From contig CALKOM010000006.1 of assembly GCA_938091905.1 (NCBI GenBank), positions 1-64,000 of the forward strand: a DNA stretch of 64,000 nt, read 5' to 3'. Of this stretch, positions 58,099 to 64,000 are shown in pieces; position 1 is the stretch's first letter; every line of letters starts with the position of its first letter. A model generated the notes under the pieces. The model saw only the letters and a list, made by a program, of their open reading frames with translations, was not told where the DNA came from and searched no databases. Source of the DNA: an uncultured Verrucomicrobiales bacterium (GTDB lineage: Bacteria > Verrucomicrobiota > Verrucomicrobiia > Verrucomicrobiales > DEV007). The translations under genes were made by a program, and so were the position numbers.

Positions 58099-59883
58099 AT
58101 GAAACTTTTATCCATCACGATCACTGGGATTGTATTTGCGGCATGCATCGTATCCTCACATGCCGCGGAAGTAACCCTGCCCGAAATCTACGCGGATCAC
58201 ATGGTGATCCAGACGGATGAACCAATCATTGTTTCAGGCACGGTTTCTCCGACTTCCGCAGAACTCGAGATCAAACTAGCTGGGCAAACCGTGTCCGTGA
58301 CGCCGCGGTTGTTTGGAGGCTGGACGGCGACCCTGGACCCTGTCAGTGAAGTTGGTGGCTCTCACACCCTCACCATTTCGGCGGAGGGTGAGGTGGCGCA
58401 TACTATCGAGGACATCACCTTTGGGGATGTGTGGCTGTGCGGAGGGCAGTCGAACATGGCTTGGGATATGACTACGATCAATGACAGCGCCGCCGAGATC
58501 GCGAGTGCTGACTTTCCTGACATCCGCCTCATGGAGGTGAGTCTGCGAACGAGTAGTAAGCCTCTTGCTGAGGTGAAAGAGATCGATCAAGATTGGACGC
58601 GATGTTCTCCAACGGCAGTGCGCCGATTCTCTGCAGTGGGTTATCTGTTTGGTCGCGAGTTGCACCAGAAGACGGGACGTCCCATTGGCTTGATTCAAAG
58701 TGCTTGGGGCGGCTCCAGGATTGAAACGTGGATACCTGACACTGCGCTTCAGGGCAGCCCCTACACCGACAACATCGCTGGTCGCAATTTCGGCCAGCAA
58801 CAACACAAGCCTTCTATCTGTTACAATGCTATGATTCACGGCCTGGCGCCGTTGGCCCTGAAGGGTGTCATTTGGTATCAAGGTGAGAACAATCAGACGC
58901 ATCCGGAAGAGTATCGCAGTCTCATGGAGACGTGGATTGATTCGTGGCGGGATCTTTGGCAGGCGCCGGAACTGCCCTTTTATTACGTTCAGTTGGCGAA
59001 CTATGCGCCAGGCCAGGATTGGGAACTCTTGCGCGAAGCGCAGACTCAGACACTCGCTATTTCGAACACGGGCATGGCGGTGACGATCGATATCGGTGCT
59101 TCGAATGACATCCATCCGCGCAACAAGCAAGGTACAGCGACGCGTTTGGCCGCCATCGCCCTAGCCAAGACCTACGGCCAAGATCGCGTTTACTCGGGGC
59201 CACTGCTCAAAGCCGCAGAGTCTGATGGGCACAACATCACCCTTCGTTTCGATCATGTCGGTTCCGGCCTTGCAAGCGCTGAAGGTCTTGCAGGCTTTCA
59301 GGTGCTGACCGCCGAAGGCCGGTGGTCGAAGGGAAATGCAAAGATAGTCGGCGACACGGTCGAGATTCCAGGTACCCTGTTTCGCACCAATCCTCAAGGT
59401 GTCCGCTACGGATGGGATAGTGATCCCGTCATTAGCTTGTCTAACAAGGAAGGCTTTCCTGCCGTGCCCTTTCGTTTCGAATCACTCGATCAGGTTTATG
59501 CGAGTTGGCGAGATCAGTTGGTCGGTGCCGAGCGTCGACCTAACGAAGACGCCGATGGTGATAGCGTAAGCAATTTGATGCAGTACGCCACTGCTCATAG
59601 AGATCCTCGCATGGTCACTTCGAGCAATGGTAGTGCTGAACTTTCTTTCCATCGTCGTGCCAATGCCTTGGATGTTACTATCGCCGTGGAGCAGTCAGGT
59701 GATCTCGAGACATGGACCGAAATCTGGTCCTCAGGGCAGCCGGACAGCAGTGGATTCGCTTGGAGCCAAGAGCGTGCTTGGGGTGCATCGATGACGGATC
59801 GTTATGCCATCACCTTGCCCACGGATGCGAAAACGAGCATGCTTTATCGGATTCGCTATGGTCTGAGCGAGGATGATCTCTAG
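58099..59883 (+). CDS. Sialate O-acetylesterase (SASA/SGNH)-family protein with C-terminal DxDxD + Ig-like domain
   Basis: GDVWLCGGQSNM, FSAVGYLFG, GVIWYQGENN, DIHPRNKQ and VRYGW. C-terminal DADGD..AVEQSGDLETW..LYRIR. Confidence 0.9.
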   Translation: MKLLSITITGIVFAACIVSSHAAEVTLPEIYADHMVIQTDEPIIVSGTVSPTSAELEIKLAGQTVSVTPRLFGGWTATLDPVSEVGGSHTLTISAEGEVAHTIEDITFGDVWLCGGQSNMAWDMTTINDSAAEIASADFPDIRLMEVSLRTSSKPLAEVKEIDQDWTRCSPTAVRRFSAVGYLFGRELHQKTGRPIGLIQSAWGGSRIETWIPDTALQGSPYTDNIAGRNFGQQQHKPSICYNAMIHGLAPLALKGVIWYQGENNQTHPEEYRSLMETWIDSWRDLWQAPELPFYYVQLANYAPGQDWELLREAQTQTLAISNTGMAVTIDIGASNDIHPRNKQGTATRLAAIALAKTYGQDRVYSGPLLKAAESDGHNITLRFDHVGSGLASAEGLAGFQVLTAEGRWSKGNAKIVGDTVEIPGTLFRTNPQGVRYGWDSDPVISLSNKEGFPAVPFRFESLDQVYASWRDQLVGAERRPNEDADGDSVSNLMQYATAHRDPRMVTSSNGSAELSFHRRANALDVTIAVEQSGDLETWTEIWSSGQPDSSGFAWSQERAWGASMTDRYAITLPTDAKTSMLYRIRYGLSEDDL

Positions 59884-60065
59884 GCTATTTCACCAGGCCG
59901 CTATCGGGCGTTATGGCAGCTTTTAGTAGCCAAAGTCTAGGACTAGGCAGCCAGCCAGTGACCAAGAACATCCACTATTGTTACCCAGCAAATTCGTGAG
60001 ATTTGCTAGCCTAGGGCTTGGATTCTACAAATTGCACTGATAAGGTGACGGTCAGCCCTTTGCCT

Positions 60066-63000
60066 ATGAAAAGACGATTTCTCTTCCCTTTGCTCCTTTT
60101 AGCGGCCCTTGGCCTTGTTGGCTCGGCTTCGGCGGAGGTCACGATCACTGAGTTGGCAGCCGTTAATCTAGACGGTCCAGAGGACAAGGATGAGGACTTT
60201 TCACCGTGGATTGAGGTCTACAACGATTCAGAAGAAGAGACCAACCTCAAAGGGTGGTATCTCACAAACGATCCTGAAAATCCTACGAAATGGGAGATTC
60301 CAAATCTGAAAGTGCCAGCAAGCGGCTACTCGCTCATTTATATGTCAGGGAAAGACTACGGCTCTCTCTTTAGTCAGGAAGTGCACGCCAGTTTTAAGCT
60401 TTCTACCGGCACAGATTATCTGGCTCTGGTTCAAGCTGATGGCCAGACGATTGGCCAAGCTTACGAAGACATTCCAAAACAACGCGCTGGATTCTCTTAT
60501 GGGCTTGATGAGAATGGAGAATACACCTTCTTTCAGATAGAAACGCCATTGGCGGCTAACAGGACTCCTGTTGCGGGCTTTGTAAGTGACACAAAGTTTT
60601 CTCTTGATCGTGGGTTCTATGATGAACCGATTCAGGTAGAGATCACGACAGACACGCCTGACGCGATCATCTACTATTCGACGAACGGTCGGGAACCTTC
60701 TAAAGGATCGCTCTTCAGTGGCCCGATTGAACACATTTATGAGGGGCCCATCACCATTGATCAGACTACCGTTCTGCGAGCGGCAGCTTTCAAAAAAGGG
60801 CTGGGGCAGAGCAATGTCGATACGCAGACTTACCTCTTTACGAGCGATGTGGCAGAGCAGCCGGACATGGACATGAGTTATGTCAGTGATTGGGCTTCTC
60901 AAATGGATGCCGCGCTGAAGGCAGTACCAACGATTTCGATTGCCATCGATGATGACGAGCATTTGATCAAGCGAGGTCAAGGGCAGACACGATTTGAGGG
61001 CACGACGCTCAACGATTATGAGTCCAAAGTCTCCGTGGAGTGGCTTAATAGCGACGGAGCGGAGGGCTTTCAGACGGATGCCGGCGTTTCTCGTTTCGGG
61101 GGGTACTACACCGATCATGGCAAGTATTCTTACCGCTTTCAGTTTCGGAAAGAGTATGGAACCGCGAAGCTGAAGTATCCTGTATTCCGCAACCACGAGA
61201 ACGGTCGTGCACCGGCGGAGGAGTTTGATTCACTTAATCTGCGGTCTGGATCTCATGACATGCAGGCGCGGGGCGCCTATATGTCAAACCGCTTTGTGGA
61301 TGATAGCATGCTAGAAATGGGTGGCATCGCGCCGCACGGGCGTTTCGTCCATGTCTATATCAATGGCAGTTATAACGGGCAGTATCATTTGCGTGAACGT
61401 TGGAATGCGGCCATGCACGCCAGCTACTTTGGTGGGGATGAATCGGATTACGATGCGATCAATCGAAACGACAATTTCCAGCAGGATGCCAAGGCGTTTG
61501 ATGGGAATCAAGACTACTGGAAAGAGGTTGAGCAGCTAGCTCGGGAGCCGTCGCCATGGGAGGCCTTGCAAGGGAACGTCGATATCAAGGACTTCTACGA
61601 GTTCATGATGGTTTGGTCGTCCGGCAATTCAGAAAGCGAGATGCAAGCGGTGGGCTCGAAGGCTCTAGGCGTCCCCTTCACCTTCTACATGAAGGATGCG
61701 GACGGGTGGTTGATCAAAAGCTCGCACCGCGGCGGCCGTGGACGTTTCACCACGCGTGGTCCTGGGGCGTTCAACACGGAGCTGCTAGCAGAGAGGCATC
61801 CTGATCATCAGATGTTCCTCGCTGATCTTGTTCACAAACACTTTACCAATGGAGGAGCCATGACTCCGGAACAGACTATTCCACGATTGCAGCGCCGCGT
61901 GGATGAGATTGAAACTTCGTTTATTGCTGAGTCTGCCCGTTGGCGGAAGTACAAGCCGCACGCCTGGTATAAATATCAGCAAGATATCATGGACCGCCAC
62001 TTCTCGACCTTGGCAGATAACATGCTAGACATGTTCAAGGGTATCAACGTCTACCCAGATGACATCCAAGCACCAAAGCCCAATCGGCGTGGCGGTAGGA
62101 TCGAGCCTGGATTTGCTTTCAAAATGGCGGCGGGTTCTCTGTTCAGTCCTGAGAGAGGTGAGTTCTGGTATACGCTGGATGGTTCTGATCCCAGGCTTCC
62201 TGGTGGCGTTCGATCTGACACTGCCATTCAATATGATAGAGAAGGGCCTGGATTAGAACTCAATGAAACGGTGACAGTGAAGGCGCGGACCTTTAAGTCT
62301 AGCCTCTTTAGCAATGGGATCTGGAGCCCGTTGATGGAAACCACCTTCCATATCGGTAAGAAGCCTGAGGCGGGTGATTTGGTGATTTCGGAGATTCATT
62401 ACCGTCCTGCATCCCCCAACGATGAGGAAATTGCTGCAGGGTTTACGAAGAGGAGTGTATTCGAGTTTATCGAGCTTTACAATAGGACGGACACTGTGGT
62501 GAGTCTTCTGGATATTGCCCTAACAAATGGCGTGCGCTTCGAATTTGCTGACGCCGAGGTCATGGATCTGGCGCCTGGCAAAGCGGCTGTGGTCGTTGCC
62601 AACCGCGAAGCCTTTGAGCATCGGTATGGAACTGGCTTGCCGGTGGCGGGCGAGTTTGCGGGGTTTAAACTCAGTGATAGTGGTGAGAGACTTCGTCTAA
62701 GCTTGCTCGATGGGCAGGTGTTGCAGGACATGCGATACAACGACAAAGAGCCGTGGCCAGAGGAGCCGGATGGAACAGGTCCAAGCCTCACCTTGAAGGA
62801 CCCCCGGGTGATGGATGGCTATTCCCCAGCCGATTGGTATGCAAGTGAGACCGCTGGTGGGTCTCCAGGGACATTGGAGTCAAGCGATCCCGACGATGTC
62901 GATCAGGATGGGGATGGCCTTACGGCTTTGATAGAAGAAGCCCTTGGTTCGAGCGATACGGATGCCGCCTCTGGCCCTGCCAATATGGCGATTGAGCATC

Positions 63001-63254
63001 GGGCCTTCGAAATTGATGGAAACACCGATAGCTATTGGGCTTTTGAAACCACGAGCAACGCTGTCGCAGAAACATTTGTTTACGAAATGGAAGTTTCCCC
63101 GGATCTCAAGGTTTGGGAGTCGTCTAATGCTACTTTTGAGCAAGTCAGTTCTCCCCAAGCTCCTGCAGAGAGACTGACTTGGCGGAGTAAAGCACCGATT
63201 CAAGAATTGGACGGCACGGTTTTATTCGTTCGTCTGCGTGTGACGCGGCAGTAG
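60066..63254 (+). CDS. Lamin-tail / FN3-associated / CotH-like secreted protein with C-terminal DxDxDG + Ig-like domain
   Basis: LTD motifs (WIEVYN..LKGWYLT; LVISEIHYRP..EFIELYN; DGTGPSL), YSTNGREP / YTLDGSDPR and CotH-like GRFVHVYINGSYNGQYHLRER. C-terminal DQDGDG..YEMEVSPDLKVW..FVRLRV. Confidence 0.85.
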   Translation: MKRRFLFPLLLLAALGLVGSASAEVTITELAAVNLDGPEDKDEDFSPWIEVYNDSEEETNLKGWYLTNDPENPTKWEIPNLKVPASGYSLIYMSGKDYGSLFSQEVHASFKLSTGTDYLALVQADGQTIGQAYEDIPKQRAGFSYGLDENGEYTFFQIETPLAANRTPVAGFVSDTKFSLDRGFYDEPIQVEITTDTPDAIIYYSTNGREPSKGSLFSGPIEHIYEGPITIDQTTVLRAAAFKKGLGQSNVDTQTYLFTSDVAEQPDMDMSYVSDWASQMDAALKAVPTISIAIDDDEHLIKRGQGQTRFEGTTLNDYESKVSVEWLNSDGAEGFQTDAGVSRFGGYYTDHGKYSYRFQFRKEYGTAKLKYPVFRNHENGRAPAEEFDSLNLRSGSHDMQARGAYMSNRFVDDSMLEMGGIAPHGRFVHVYINGSYNGQYHLRERWNAAMHASYFGGDESDYDAINRNDNFQQDAKAFDGNQDYWKEVEQLAREPSPWEALQGNVDIKDFYEFMMVWSSGNSESEMQAVGSKALGVPFTFYMKDADGWLIKSSHRGGRGRFTTRGPGAFNTELLAERHPDHQMFLADLVHKHFTNGGAMTPEQTIPRLQRRVDEIETSFIAESARWRKYKPHAWYKYQQDIMDRHFSTLADNMLDMFKGINVYPDDIQAPKPNRRGGRIEPGFAFKMAAGSLFSPERGEFWYTLDGSDPRLPGGVRSDTAIQYDREGPGLELNETVTVKARTFKSSLFSNGIWSPLMETTFHIGKKPEAGDLVISEIHYRPASPNDEEIAAGFTKRSVFEFIELYNRTDTVVSLLDIALTNGVRFEFADAEVMDLAPGKAAVVVANREAFEHRYGTGLPVAGEFAGFKLSDSGERLRLSLLDGQVLQDMRYNDKEPWPEEPDGTGPSLTLKDPRVMDGYSPADWYASETAGGSPGTLESSDPDDVDQDGDGLTALIEEALGSSDTDAASGPANMAIEHRAFEIDGNTDSYWAFETTSNAVAETFVYEMEVSPDLKVWESSNATFEQVSSPQAPAERLTWRSKAPIQELDGTVLFVRLRVTRQ

Positions 63255-63266
63255 GCTGTTTACGAA

Positions 63267-64000
63267 GTGTACATCTCGATTGAGGAGTTCGACCGTGTTT
63301 GCAAGCAAGTCGTCTCTCTCGACGACTATCCTTGTGCGGTAGCGATCGAGCACAACGTTGTCATTTACTCTGGCGATCAACTTCGCGAGAGGATGGGGGA
63401 CGGCGCGAGCGAGATCAAAGCCGAGTTCGCTGCCTGTCTCAAAGATGGTCCTGGTGTCTTTGCGATTAGCGGCGCCTATGCGGACACTTCTGTCATTGCT
63501 AAAACTACGGACTTGTTTCTGAGTATCATTGGCGATGAGCGAGCCGCTGGTGTCGGCAAGGGTGATCATTTCGGCGCCAACGAACGCATTTGGAATTCAA
63601 AACAGAAAGCCTGTGAACGTGATCCTGAACTGTTCATCGATTACTACAGCAACCCGTTGCTAGCGCTTGCTTGTCAGGCCTGGCTTGGGCCGTTCTATCA
63701 AGTGACGGCGCAAGTCAACAATGTGAAACCGGGGAGCCAAGCGCAGTCGGTTCATCGAGATTACCATTTGGGTTTTCAAAGTGCGGACGATGTCGGGAGA
63801 TTCCCTGCGCATGCACAGGTCATGTCCCAGTATCTCACCCTCCAAGGCGCCATTGCCCATGGCGACATGCCCCTTGAGTCAGGCCCAACGCATCTCCTGC
63901 CATTTTCACAACGATACGAGCCTGGTTACTTAGCTTATCGTCGTCCTGAATTTGCGGCTTACTTTGACCGGCACAAAGTTCAGGTGCCGCTTAAGAATGG
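63267..64000 (+). CDS. Phytanoyl-CoA dioxygenase (PhyH)-family Fe(II)/2OG dioxygenase, runs off the window end
   Basis: Open frame from GTG 63267 to the end: DGPGVF, GDHFGANERIWNS, AWLGP.YQVTAQVN, HRDYH (HxD) and DMPLESGPT. Absent from the ORF track because it has no stop in the window. Confidence 0.85.
   Translation, partial: MYISIEEFDRVCKQVVSLDDYPCAVAIEHNVVIYSGDQLRERMGDGASEIKAEFAACLKDGPGVFAISGAYADTSVIAKTTDLFLSIIGDERAAGVGKGDHFGANERIWNSKQKACERDPELFIDYYSNPLLALACQAWLGPFYQVTAQVNNVKPGSQAQSVHRDYHLGFQSADDVGRFPAHAQVMSQYLTLQGAIAHGDMPLESGPTHLLPFSQRYEPGYLAYRRPEFAAYFDRHKVQVPLKN

Noticed and set aside
58276..61196. Long antisense ORFs 58276-59130 and 60345-61196 (and similar shadows elsewhere)
   Set aside because: They lie opposite well-supported genes, lack motifs, and are expected from codon bias at this GC content.
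63252..63269. Readthrough fusion of the CotH protein with the in-frame PhyH gene
   Set aside because: The upstream protein ends in a complete terminal domain and is secreted, while PhyH has its own GTG. Sharing a frame is a 1-in-3 chance.

Overview
This 64 kb window looks like a Verrucomicrobiota (PVC) chromosome, inferred from its DUF1080, DUF1501, DUF1549/1553 and DUF1552/1592 genes, PQQ propellers and CotH/lamin-tail proteins. Housekeeping genes are the mreB-mreC-mreD-mrdA-rng operon, rpsO-pnp and a lone 2-oxoacid dehydrogenase E2. Accessory content includes an ECF sigma / anti-sigma / secreted protein / outer-membrane beta-barrel / PQQ-propeller cluster, a signal-peptide KatG inside a decayed island, a di-heme peroxidase, a vWA + two-component module, periplasmic sugar-oxidation enzymes and two CotH kinase-like proteins. 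Five observations stand out. (i) Four otherwise unrelated proteins share a ~115-135 aa C-terminal domain (DxDxDG...E...G..P / E-x-S-x-D/N-L-x-x-W / terminal aromatic-R strand), a candidate export or surface-sorting signal; one of them is encoded directly behind an orphan beta-barrel. (ii) A (G/S)SLFS loop motif recurs four times in one CotH protein. (iii) A secreted vWA protein is co-encoded with an OmpR-family pair behind an 11-bp-period direct-repeat box. (iv) At least six genes have sigma70-like promoters ending 6-7 nt before the ATG, suggesting leaderless mRNAs. (v) Several deletion-fused gene remnants are present, many of them regulators, and some are missed by the ORF track. I saw no rRNA, tRNA, CRISPR array or intact mobile element. 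All family calls come from motif recognition, not database searches.
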